Below the pieces are notes generated by a model. That model had not been told where the DNA came from. It did not search any database and saw nothing but the letters and a program-made list of their open reading frames with translations. A stretch of DNA of 63,526 nucleotides, counting the filler, from Asterionella formosa (lineage: Eukaryota), in assembly GCA_002256025.1 (NCBI GenBank). It is 28 parts of 28 records of this genome, joined end to end, with 100 filler letters (N's around TTAATTAATTAA, not from the genome) between each part and the next. Parts side by side here need not be neighbours in the genome. Positions count along the whole stretch, not along the records: positions 22,799 to 24,973 come from NKIB01000282.1; positions 25,074 to 27,248 come from NKIB01000283.1; positions 27,349 to 29,522 come from NKIB01000284.1; positions 29,623 to 31,794 come from NKIB01000286.1; positions 31,895 to 34,065 come from NKIB01000287.1; positions 34,166 to 36,335 come from NKIB01000288.1; 22 more parts are not named here. One strand, 5' to 3'. The translations under genes were made by a program, and so were the position numbers. Positions 22,699 through 34,989 of the stretch are shown in pieces. Positions within the stretch are counted from its first letter, which is position 1, and every line of letters starts with the position of its first letter.

Positions 22699-25265
22699 NN
22701 NNNNNNNNNNNNNNNNNNNNNNNNNNNNNNNNNNNNNNNNNNTTAATTAATTAANNNNNNNNNNNNNNNNNNNNNNNNNNNNNNNNNNNNNNNNNNNNCC
22801 CAGCACAACTGACAAGTTGCGACGAAGCGACAATGTGGCAATAGCCTGACGAAAGGCATGATAAGGCGACATGTTGATCTCAACACACTTGCCAGAATCT
22901 AATCAAAAACGCAAAGAACATCAAAGTTTTGTTCAAGTAGATGCTATATATCTCGGTCGCACTCGGAGTAGCAGGTACATCAATTGACTTATGAGCGATG
23001 CGATGATCATGAATCAACATGAAGAGTATTTGTATGTAAATAAAAGGCTATGGATATAACGGTACATGTTTTCACGTACAGAAGTATGTACGAAAGGTAC
23101 AAGCAGTACTTAGCATACGTACAGAACGACGTCCCTGACACCCCCCGCAACCCTAGAAAAAGAAGGCAAAATAGCTGCTGTCTAATATATATGATAGGGT
23201 TGCAAAAATCTTTTTGAACATCAAAAAGGCGGAGGGCGGAATGTTTTACCAATAAAAAATATCATCGCCTACCAGTATAGCACTATAGGTTTGAATCTTT
23301 AAAATTAATAGTAGTGGGGATGAATTAACAATGATTCCAATCCATTCAAATAAACTTGGAAGTGACCAAATTGAATTCTAGCTGCAATTTTAAACATTGC
23401 AAAGCAACATATTCCACCACTTAAACTATTGTATCCTAGTAGTAGCTAGCTAGTATTAGCTAGACCATAGCTTAATATTTTATCATTTGTCTGTTTGCAC
23501 TCTACTTTCTGCATGTATACAGAGTAGCCATAGTACAAGAGGGCACTCAGTCTTACAATATTCCTTTGCCAATTTCTATAGCAAAGGGGGTCAACATCAA
23601 CAATCCACCTATTCACCAGTATTTTGGAGCTAGATTGAAAATTGGACAGTACTGGCTTTGGCATTAGATTAAAAGCCTGTGAGAAAGTATAGAAGTAGTT
23701 GTTTCGACTGCTGTCATTGGTTCCTGGCTGCTAGTACTGTACTGTAATTCTGTATTGACTCACACATAAACCACAGCAACAGTCCAAACAAGAAACCCAC
23801 CTCATGAATATAATACAATTTGTCCATAACAACTTGAGTAGTAATGTATTTATGGATAGCTTGTGTTGGATAGTCTGGAACCTTCAATAGCAGGTCATGC
23901 CAGCCAGCAAGAATGAAATAAAAAATTCTACATGTATGAATACATCAAATCCTTGCATGTAGCCAGCCAGTCTCACCAATCTCAGGCTGGTGTTTTCCAA
24001 TGGTTCCAACATGGAAATCATTTCAGCAGACGCTTCTGTGGAGACGTGGTTCCTACTCATGTCAGAGCCCATAGTGGTGTCAACTTCGAAGAATTCAATG
24101 ATTTTGGACTGATAATATATTTGTTGTCATTTTCTACACAAAATCCAAATTCCAATTCTATTGTTCCAGCATAATAAGCTTTAGTTAAAATGGATTAGAG
24201 AATTGTACTCAATCAAAGCATGAAGCTTTAGTAACATGGCACTATAAAACTAGGGTTGCCCTCAGATCACATATGATGTTTGACCAGTAAATATACCTAT
24301 GGAAGTAGACTAGCCGGTACTAACTGGTCTCCCCTGGTAAAATGACAGTAGCGGCCAGTTTTGCTTTTTGAAGCTCGTCCTCGCTCGAATGTACCGGTAC
24401 CTGGTACCAGGTACCAGGCACCAGGCACCAGGTACCAGGTATGTGGAACCGCCGGTTTCCATGACCATTCTGCGCTCTGGTCCCATCATTTCATACCACT
24501 TCTGGTAGATTCTTCTACTCAGTCAGTCCTACATGTTAGTGTGTTGAAGATGGTTCGATTTTACATAGTATTCCGGTATGTATATACTATGATGAATGTG
24601 TATTATCCATGCTGGAATTTTTTTCTGGCATGTATATATTTCTCTTGATATCCCGGTATAGATTAATTAATAAACAAGATTATTTTACACTCATGATATT
24701 CTCAATTGCAAATTGGTTCACAAATCTCACAACCACCACCATAACATAAGTACCGATATCAAAGCCCAAAACTTCCGTTCAATTCAAGGAACTTCGAGAT
24801 ACAATGATGCTGAGGCGACTCTCATCTCTAACGTCTTCTCCTACATCTAGGTGCATGGGTAGACCATGGATTACAGCCTGTTCTTCGAAGTCAGCTAAAA
24901 CTGCTTGGACGGGAGCAAACCGCTTTGCCGATTCAATTTTCTTGTCTGCCTTTCGGTCAGTTTGGTCTACTGGNNNNNNNNNNNNNNNNNNNNNNNNNNN
25001 NNNNNNNNNNNNNNNNNTTAATTAATTAANNNNNNNNNNNNNNNNNNNNNNNNNNNNNNNNNNNNNNNNNNNNGAACTGTTGTCCTCCTCGAATGCCATC
25101 AGGAATGGTAACCATGTAAGCAGTAGGCCCTCCTTGATGTCCATCTTGAATGGGTTGAACATTTGGTGAATCTTGTAGTAGACTGTTGTTGTTGGCATTG
25201 TCATAGGTTGTGACATCACGATGAACCTTGGTTTCAATCTTCGACCCACTGTGATCCAACAGCCA

Positions 25266-27130
25266 TCAATACATGAACTTGTCGCACAAATACTCTCGTG
25301 TAATTTGGGGTAATGGCTTCATCAGCACATCAGCCAAATTAGTCTTTCCATCATCCTTTGTTACCCGAATCATCCCTGCCGCCACAGCTTCTCTTGCTCT
25401 GTGATATGCTATCGCATTATGTTTCTTTTTCAAAGTCGATTCTGGATGAATCGTGTTCTTTGTCACCGCCTCGTTGTCGCAGAAAACGTTAGTTGGTCCA
25501 TCGATTGGGATTCCAAACATTCTCAGCTTATACCTCAATGCCTCGATCAGTTCGACCGAGATCTTCAAAACCACAAATTCGCTACCAAACGTCGATGTCT
25601 CGACAGTGTTCTGTCGCTTACTGTACCATATAATTGGAGCCCGATTCACAAAAATCAGTATCCCGGTCTGCGAGCGCCTCGTCACCCGATTCCCTGCATG
25701 ATCCGCATCCACAAAACAGTGAGTAGTTACAACATTACCTCTAGGCTCGGGTGCGTCCCCTGGAATAGACTCCTGCGCTCCCCTGTAAAAGTCGTGCCAA
25801 TCGCATTTAACAAACCTGGACTCGTTTATATCATGGTGTGTCGGATCAAAGATCAACGTCCTCTTGTGTTTTGCTTTCAAATATCCGAACATGTGATATA
25901 CCTGTTGTAAGTGTCCGCTCCTTGGCAACGCTAGCTAGGTGAGTAGATAACATAGAAACTTCCATAGCAATGTCTATTCGTCCAAGCTCCACTGCCCAGC
26001 GGAGCACGCCGATCAATTCCTGGTAGTATCTCACGCCTTCAATCTTGAGTTTGGCAGAAATATCCAGTTCCGGTCTATAATTCCCCTTCAATGGGGTAGT
26101 GCACCTCGTTGGAAGCCGCTGACCCGACTCGTCGAGTTTGAACTCTACGTTGGCAATGGCCGCCTTGACATACTGCTCGGAAGTCATGGCCCAACACTCA
26201 ACTCCGTCGACTATTTTCTGCATTACCTGGGCTCCCAGGTAATTTTCCGGCTTCTCGACTTTATCATCCTTCAATCTGAAGGTCGACTGTATCCCGCTCA
26301 TAGTCGCTCTAGGCTGCGCTGAAATGCAAAGAATGTCATCAACATATACAAGAATCATTTCGTAATACTCAAACCCATCCGGTTTTACTGCCGGTCGAAT
26401 CCATACATCAGGGTCCCCTTTCGTGGGCAAGTAACCCAAATCATGGAGGGTTTCTGCGAGATGCGCTCTTAATGCCGCACCGCTAGATTTGAGCCCATAC
26501 AGCGCTTTCTTCACCACCATGGTAGCTCCCGCTTCCGACCCAAATTCCGGCCCTGCAATTATGTAAATTTTCTCTCTGCAATCTGCGGTTAGATAAGCGT
26601 TTTGAATATCGCAAGCAAGAAGTTGTAAGTCGTTCAATGAAGCAACCAATAAGGCAATGCGCACTGAGTCCCTCGACACAACTGAGGAATACGTCAGGGC
26701 TGCGGGCGTTTCCGTCCGGCTGCCGTCAGCAACTAGTCTCGCCTTACGCCGAAAATTTTCGCCCATTTTGATGTCGAACACGAAATGACACCTTATCTTT
26801 TGGTACCCTGGCGGAAGGTCTCCCTCTCGCTTTTCCCACTTTTCAAATGCCGGTCGCACGTTTTTCGTTTCCTTGCAGATGGCGTCCCGCCATAATGTGT
26901 TGCCATTGGCTTTATCAATCGTTAACGCCTCTTCGACGGACTTCGGTATCCGTATACCGTATTTATGAGTTCGCTGCCAATACTTAGACTTTACCTTTTC
27001 TAGGACTCGGTCCCGTTTCTTTAGAAGAGTCGGCACCCACCATGCGAACGCTGCCTCATCATCAATACGATTAGCAATTGAGTACTCCACCACCTGTATG
27101 GGGTACGATTGCTTCATATCCTTAAGTGCT
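25266..27130 (-). mobile_element. Ty1/copia (CoDi-type) pol fragment: RT + RNase H, one frameshift
   Basis: YWQRTHKYGIRIPKSVEEA, RKARLVADG, DIQNAYL, KALYGLKSSG, YVDDIL, FVDADHAG, ETSTFGSEF, CDNEAV, KKKHNAIAYH; frameshift from a CTAG duplication at 25931-25938. Confidence 0.96.
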
Positions 27131-27348
27131 GAATGTTTTCCAAAAGTGCTTATGACAATGTTGGAAGATTGCTTTTTTGAGAGTTTCTGCCTCAAATTCT
27201 TAAGTCAAAGTCATGACATCCCCTTGTTCTGATGTGATCTCTGGAACTNNNNNNNNNNNNNNNNNNNNNNNNNNNNNNNNNNNNNNNNNNNNTTAATTAA
27301 TTAANNNNNNNNNNNNNNNNNNNNNNNNNNNNNNNNNNNNNNNNNNNN

Positions 27349-27532
27349 AAAACATGGTTGTTGTGGTTGATTTGCTGCTAGAAGCAGTTGATTTCTGAAC
27401 CAATCGCATTCCTTTTCCCATGAATCGAGAGGAGTGCGCCTTGCTTCCAAAGGCTGTTGCCTCTCTGAGCGAAAACGCCACGATGTTTGGCATGCTCACC
27501 AATAACACCAATATTCTCAAAGTGATTTTCAT
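27349..27532 (-). CDS. 5' end of a nuclear gene with a bipartite plastid-targeting presequence; mature protein lies outside the contig
   Basis: MKITLRILVLLVSMPNIVA-FSL signal peptide with Phe at +1, followed by a S/T/K/R-rich transit peptide. Confidence 0.65.
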
Positions 27533-28171
27533 ATTGTTACGTGCGTGTTTGTATCGTCTATTCGTGAATCCGTCAAGAACACAGTTGCTCTGTAGATCCT
27601 TTAGCCTGGTGATGGAAAGGTGGCAATCTAATTGATAGATCCGTATGATGTGTCGCTTCTTGATGATGATGCGATGTGAGCAAGAGCAACGGGGTTAATT
27701 AGTCTCTAAAATATGAAATATTGGTATTTACTAACACATTTATATATGTAACTTTTTGTAATATCAGTAGGTCTATATACCAGTATATGGATGCATGTGT
27801 ACATGCACTGTTCTACTGGTATCTGGTCATCGGCGTTGTTACTTTGCCATGATAGGTGATACCTAGCATCATCAATCAAATGACTATGAATAAATCTCAA
27901 TTCTGTGGTGCACCTACATAAAACGTCACGTAACTTCCCCTGCTGTCTGTCGCCACACAGTTTGCCTTCAACATTGCCAGCTGGAATATCTATCAGTACA
28001 ACAGCAACACCAAGGCAGGAGGAGGTTATTTTAAAATAAGAGACTGCTTCAGTGCCTTTTGTGATCTCCTTCCCCATGCCACTAACACTACGTGGTGGTG
28101 GTTAAATTACCGGTATTTATTCACCTGTTTTTCTGGTACAGAGGACGTTCGTTCCGGTCACATACCTGGTA

Positions 28172-29522
28172 CCAGTCAAAAACTGCTTAAGACCACTATG
28201 AACTGCTTAGACCACTATAACGGGGTAATCTTACATTTTGTACTACAAACATTTTCAATTTTAGCAATACGACAATATTTACTATGAACAAGTCATTTGT
28301 TTCACGCATCTACATTTAGGATGGCTTAACGCCCGATCGATGTTGTGTTCCAGTTGGTGAGATAAACGACTTCGAAAATGTTGAGTGAGGCACATCGGAA
28401 GAAAATAAAATTACCTCGTTTAGCTGGGCCGACATTTTATATTCATATACGATATTAGATAATGTTTTATACTCCAAATTAATATAGCTTCCTTTAACGC
28501 TTTTCTTGAGGTGGATTATAATTACGGCGCGATTGTGTGCGACATCCCAATGTAAACATGCACACTACCAACCAGGTACCAGTAGGTCTATGGTCCGGTA
28601 GTTCGCACCATAGCAATTTAGTGATTTTGTACTGTCAACATAGATGCATCCTGAAATGCTCTCGAGACCATCACAATATACCACATTTTCATTTCTCCGG
28701 ATCTTACAACTTAGAATAATGAACCGAAGAAGTGCCAAACCCCGAGCAAGTACAGAGTTATTTGTAAGTCTCTAGATAAGGATTTAGTAAAGCTTGTTCT
28801 AAACAACAATGTCAGAGAAGTAGATGCTAGAAAGGCTAGCGGTAGAGGAGTTGTTTTACCAAGTGGCGCTATTGCTATCTAGATTATTAGTAGCAGACAA
28901 AGTTGACACAGTAACGTGGCTAACAAAAGACATGGTGAAGTACCCTTTGAAGAAATTGAATAATGACAGCAAAGATCTAGTAGTAGGGGGTTTGAATTCT
29001 ATAGTGCTATTGGATTGTTCCCCAGCAGAACGAATCGAAACTAGCAGTACACTTACCTTTGGAACCAGAGCCACCACTACTGCATCGTCCACTTTGACAC
29101 CAGATACATGTAATGCAGATAAACACAGCAGTGACAGAAACAATAATCTAGCCGATAGACCGGAACAGCATGAGACTCAACAAACACAACTTTCCGGTGA
29201 GAAGGGGGGAAACAAATACAAACGAAAAAAATGTTCAATTGAGACCATGAAACTTGCTCCAGCACCATAAGCATGTGGTGGGCATCAATCTTGATCAGAT
29301 GGCTTGCCAGTTGGCGCTATTGGCGATCGCGCAAAATAAGTGGTTCATGTGGTGGCTGGACGCTTTAAACTGGGAACGGAAGCACTGGACGATATGACTA
29401 GGAGAAAAGAAGAGCAGAGTAGAAGGAGAGTGAGAAAGCGAATAAGAAAGTTATGGATTATAAAGCAACATTGAACGAGGTGCAAGCGATCAGAGCACTC
29501 AACAAACGGGCACACAAATGGA
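28172..29522 (+). mobile_element. pogo-like DNA transposon, left end and decayed, internally deleted transposase
   Basis: TA|CCAGTCAAAAACTGCTTAAGACCACT terminus related to 7146; WLTKDMVKY N-terminal motif; C-terminal remnant HVVAGRFKLG...EVQAIRA resembling 8850-9030. Confidence 0.65.
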
Positions 29523-30099
29523 NNNNNNNNNNNNNNNNNNNNNNNNNNNNNNNNNNNNNNNNNNNNTTAATTAATTAANNNNNNNNNNNNNNNNNNNNNN
29601 NNNNNNNNNNNNNNNNNNNNNNTTCATTGCAACACCTTTGATGAAAATCACCTTTGTCCTTTCACTATCAAGCACAAAGTCATCAGGAAGTATGAGGGAG
29701 TCAACAAATCGATCGACTTCAGTATCTGTAGCAAGAGACTGCATTGTATTGTTGAAGGTGGTGGGTCGATCTTGATATACAATGGTCTCCACATCAACAG
29801 TTGTGGTTTGCGTTTGTGTGACTGGTTCCATATGCGGCTCCATTTGCCTTGCTTGTAGAATCTTCGCTCAGGGAGATTCAAATGACTGATCTGTAGTAAC
29901 AAATACACAAAAACACTTGGGAGTTATAAGATCGCCAAGTATAACTTTCTGTCTGGTGCTGTATAATTGTATCAATGGTGTTGCTTGGACGATGTATGCA
30001 GCCAGCATAAAATTGAAGGAATAGTATATGCCATTAATATTATCACTGGTGCCTTGCCTTGCAGGCTTATTTTCGGTTATTTTATTAGTGACAACGGAA

Positions 30100-30379
30100 A
30101 TGATACCCATGTGAAAACGTCAGTATCACTGATACCATTTTTGGAGGGGGCAAAAAAAGGTATCAATTTTGTATCAATGATACAAAATTGATACCATCAA
30201 GTTACCGTTGCTGATACCGTGTTTTGATACCAACCGTGACTTTTTGCCCGCAACCCGGAAATGATACAGCAAATTCGGAATGATAAGAACGACCCTAAGG
30301 TCTACATGCCGGTCCAGTAAGGGGCCCAAAGTCTCCCGGTAGATAACTATGGTGATGTGTCCGACGTTATCCACTCCTA
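30100..30379 (-). mobile_element. Probable DNA transposon terminus with TGATACC subterminal repeats (hAT-like end)
   Basis: Many TGATAC(C)/GTATCA motifs, a perfect 37-bp palindrome at 30159-30195, and a minus-strand start TAGGAGTGG at 30379. Confidence 0.4.
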
Positions 30380-30899
30380 TGTATCATGGTACCAGGTACC
30401 TGGTACAAACCGGTAACCGTTACAATGATGCTGTAAAGAATTTTTGACTGTTCCGTATATACCAGTAGAGTAACAACGGTACAGTACCTGGTACAAGGTA
30501 CCGGTACCCGGGACCGGTAAGATCATTGTGTCTCCTGTGTAGATGCCACATATTTTATGTATGCTTGTCATGATTGATGACAAATGTGAATGCAGAAACT
30601 ACGTATGTACCTACATGCCTCTAGTCAGAAATTTAATGCCAGGTACCACCGTCACCACCACATACCGGTACATACACAGGACTGGTTGCTGGCTTCTTCC
30701 GGAAACTGCTGGTTCGCCATGGTACTGGTATGGTGGTACTACACAATACTAGTACCGGTAGGGCCGTTGGGGTTAATGTAAATGCATATGTACCACCGGT
30801 ATGGATTCTAACCTACGGCGGTACCTGGTACCAGGTAATACTACTGGTAACTGACCTGGTACCGGACCAGGTACCTGGTACCGGGATAGACGACTGGTG
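30380..30899. repeat. GGTACC / TACC(A/T)GGTA / TACCGGTA-rich tract (similar tracts at 7131, 11515, 20393, 24391, 34610, 36785, 48620, 55487)
   Basis: Dense irregular concatenation of these short palindromic motifs. Confidence 0.9.
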
Positions 30900-31670
30900 C
30901 CAGTCAAAAACTGCTTAAGACCACTATAACGGGGTAATCTATCATTTTGTACTATAAACTTTTTCAATTTTAGCAATGCGGCAATATTTACTATGAACAA
31001 GCATTTGTTTCACGCATCTACATTTAGGATGTCTTAACGCCCGATCGATGTTGTGTTCCAGTTGGTGAGATAAACGACTTCGAATAACGGTATGTTGAGT
31101 GAGGCACATCGGAAGAAAATAAAATTACCTCGTTTAGCTGGGCCGACATTTATATTCATATACGATATTATATAATTTTTTAATACTCCAAATTAAAATA
31201 GCTTCCTTTAACGCTTTTCTTGAGGTGGATTATAATTACGGCGCGATTGTGTGCGACATCCCGATGTAAACATGCACACTAGTTCGCACTATAGCAATTT
31301 AGTGATGTTGTACTGTCAACATAGATGCATCCTGAAATGCTCTTGAGACCATCACAATATACCACATTTTCATTTCTCCGGATCTTACAACTTAGTATAA
31401 TGAACCGAAGAAGTACCAAACCTCGAGCAAGTACTTAGTTATTTGTAAGTCTCTAGATAGCTGAGGCTTTAGTAAAGCTTGTTCTAAACAACAATGTCAG
31501 AGAAGTAGACGCTAGAAAGGCTAATGGTGGAGGAGTTGTTTTGCCAAGTGGTGCTATTGCTAGCTAGATTATTAGTAGCAGAAAAATGTGACACAATAAC
31601 GTGGCTAACAAAAGACATGGTGAAGTACCCTTTGAAGAAATTGAATTATGACTACAAAGATCTAGTACAT
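30900..31670 (+). mobile_element. Second copy of the pogo-like element left end
   Basis: Near-identical to 28172-28985 over about 770 bp apart from small indels. Confidence 0.85.
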
Positions 31671-32572
31671 CTAAGACGCGAAATACGCCACTTTTCGAAA
31701 TTTCGTCTACGTATGAGTGTTAATTATGTGGTACTTCACATGCATTAATGCCACTCTTCACGTAAAAAAGATTACTTTTAACGGTTTCATGTGANNNNNN
31801 NNNNNNNNNNNNNNNNNNNNNNNNNNNNNNNNNNNNNNTTAATTAATTAANNNNNNNNNNNNNNNNNNNNNNNNNNNNNNNNNNNNNNNNNNNNGTAGCT
31901 ATGTTGTTGATTGTTGTGTGCTTCCGCCCATGCTGACCAAATTGTCGATTTCATCCTAACATATTCAAGCAATTCATGACATTCTTCAGTTTATTGGAAT
32001 GGAATGAGGTTGTTGCAAATGCTGCAAGTATTCCTCCCGAGGTAGCCATTGATGGAAACAATTAAGAAGTAGAAGATAGGTGCATTTGTTGTTGATTGTT
32101 GCATAATTGTCCTTCCGTTATGATTCCATCACTCAAAATTGATTTATTTTCTGTCTTTTTATTGAAAGCTGGTGTAAAGATCCTTGTAAAAGCAATGTAA
32201 CTACAGTTGTGAACTCTTCCGATGTGGTTGCAATACACCATTCTGATTTTGATACTGGTAGCTCTAGCTCCGTTGATTGTCGTGATTCTGATTGCACCAG
32301 TAGCGATTCTGATTCGATATACTACATATCAACTGCTGCCATCGATGTTCCTAATGCTGGAGCTAATGCTTGCCACCCTGATTCCCGGATTCCAGCATCA
32401 TATGCAACTGCTGAAGACTATTCCAATAAGACTCGATCCAGCAATGATGTTTTGGTTCTACCAAACAAACAAATGCTATTAGAAAACTTTCTCACACGAA
32501 CAAAAGCAAATAAACCAAGGCACTTACCATCATTGAAGACAGATTCTGTGAAGCCCTTTCCGACTGGAAAAC

Positions 32573-32854
32573 TTGCTGCCAACATCAGATGTACCAATAT
32601 CATTGTTTGTCCGAAAAAATATGGACGATGCAAGTACATTAATCTCAGAGGAAGACAAGCAATCCAACAATCAACCACATCCATTCGACAATAAACCACC
32701 ACTGGCATCATCACTGAACTGATTTCGCTTCAGACTGGGCATGATGGACGATGATTAGCCTGGATTGCTTGTCTTCTCATGAGATTAATGTACTTGCATC
32801 GTCCATATTTTTTCGGACAAACAATGATATTGGTACATCTGATGTTGGCAGCAA
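32573..32854. repeat. Long inverted repeat: 94-bp arms (32573-32666 / 32761-32854), 94-bp spacer
   Basis: Arms are reverse complements except for a few bases around CTCAGAGGAAG. Confidence 0.92.
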
Positions 32855-32927
32855 ATTTTAGCAGCGGTCATGCATGTGATGATGCTTAATGGATATTCTA
32901 CCAGTAGTCATCTAGCCTACATACGTA

Positions 32928-34065
32928 CGTGGTACTCGAAACAACCATGCATGGTTTAAGCTTAACTTTCACGCTTACTTTGAACACGTTATAGTATTAT
33001 TGCTGTAGACTCGGTATTATTTTTACGACACTTAGAATGTTAAATTATATCGCTCACATATTGATTGATATTACGTACCGTATGCCCGATTTCGTCCTCA
33101 CAATTATAATTCTCACTCTATCCTGCCTGCCGTTGCTCGATTCGGGCTGGCAACAGGAACTTTCGACTTTCTTTTGAGCCCATAGTCTGCTGTGTGTTAG
33201 GCTTGTTAGAGCAGATTGGTGAGTACAACAGTGAAACACTGAATGTGATCGTAGATACTATATTGTCGAATTTCCTATTTGATTGCTTCCATGGTTCGTT
33301 CTGATCGCTTCCATCGTTGTTTGTCGTTCCGCACTGTCGTTTTGATTCGAGTGTAACTAACTACACAAGGGCATATGTATGTATCAATGACTACTCTTTG
33401 AAGATGTGGTATTGTTGTGCTGATATTATTTGTAGATTTGTATAGTTGTTTACCATGATGTCAATCATATTGCCGCCAAGCAATGCTTTTCTTGTACTAA
33501 CGCGCTTTGCTACCTTTATACTACGAGTTCGTAACACACGCTGCGTAAAAATTCTCAGCCAGAGGGAGTCAATAGTGCTGGAGCAGCCGCCTGGTGATCA
33601 TGCTCGCTCAGAATGGAATGATCAGCAGGGTTGTTTGGTGGGAGGAATGCCTGTGGCGGAAAGACTGCCACTGGTGTCAGGCTACTACAGCGATGTGAAT
33701 GGTTGCAGCAACCAGTTCATCTACGCTAACTAACGATGCAGGTATAAATGGGGTTCAGCTTTTTTCTTATTATTTTCGGTTTTTGATTGTGTGGTGGCTG
33801 ATGGAAAGTCAATGTTGCCTGTGTAAGTAGTACTACAATGTCACATGCATACTACGTTTCCATTGAAACTCCTTTTTTTACTTCATTTCTAACCCAAATT
33901 TTTTTTCTATTTCTCATTTGACATTACTTATTACATCGCATTTCTTACTTTGGTTGCTCCAAACATCATGTTCAATTTTCATTGATGTTGCATGTTAAAA
34001 TCATTCTCGTGTGTTTTACGCTTTTTGTACCATTTCTATGCATATTACCGTTATTCTGGTTGTCA
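32928..34065 (+). repeat. Unclassified ~1.1-kb repeat C, probably the end of a TA-targeting element (second copy 51072-52208)
   Basis: Both copies start at TA|CGTGGTACT after unrelated flanks and align through to the contig ends. Confidence 0.88.
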
Positions 34066-34989
34066 NNNNNNNNNNNNNNNNNNNNNNNNNNNNNNNNNNN
34101 NNNNNNNNNTTAATTAATTAANNNNNNNNNNNNNNNNNNNNNNNNNNNNNNNNNNNNNNNNNNNNTGTCCTCGTTGTCCCACGGCTTTTCCCGTCGATAC
34201 TTGTTGTGGTTCTTCTTCGGCTCTGGTTCTTGCGTCATGGTGGATAACTGGTAAGCAGTGCGATATGGTACCGGTAGTTATTTTAGGTTCCTTGCTCGTT
34301 TTAACCATCACTGAAAAATGAGGCAGATTCTTTGACCACTTGCAGACTACGTAGGTACGTACCTACCGCAGGGTATAGAGGTATATTTTAGTACCAAGTA
34401 GTATTGTTTTCTTTACATATATATAGATACGGACAATTATTCTGCTTTCAATGATGAGGATGGTGACGGATCGAGTCTCTCGTGGCAAGCAATGATGAAC
34501 AATTTGAATGGCAATGAAGAAAAGAACTAAATAAGCTTCAACTCAAATAATTTCACTCCAGCATGGTGCTTGCTATCGTCGCATTCCATAGCTATCCATA
34601 CATGGAGTGGTACCTGGTACCATGTACCAGGTACTAGGTACCTACCGGTAGTACTCCTGGTTGTGGGAAATCCCAAGACAGTTGCTATAATTTTGCTGAA
34701 GATAAAGATTTAGCTATCTTTATATTAGATTAAAAAAGTTCCTTCAGGCAAAATGACCGCAACTTGCTGGTGCTACCAGTACCGTAAGCACATTTTCCTT
34801 TCCTCACTCATGCACAAGCAAGAAATGCCTACTTGTAACTGGTGCAAGGGAAGCACAGGTCTTGCCAGCAGATAGCACAAATAATACTAATGTATTGATT
34901 CTGCTAACATCATTATTCATTATTCATCATCCTCATTTTTTCAAAATAAATTGATGTTAACATTGCCGATGCACCCATTCCTGATGGTC

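Noticed and set aside
22799..24300. Short ORFs, possible pseudogene on the minus strand
   Set aside because: Multiple stops and no assignable family.
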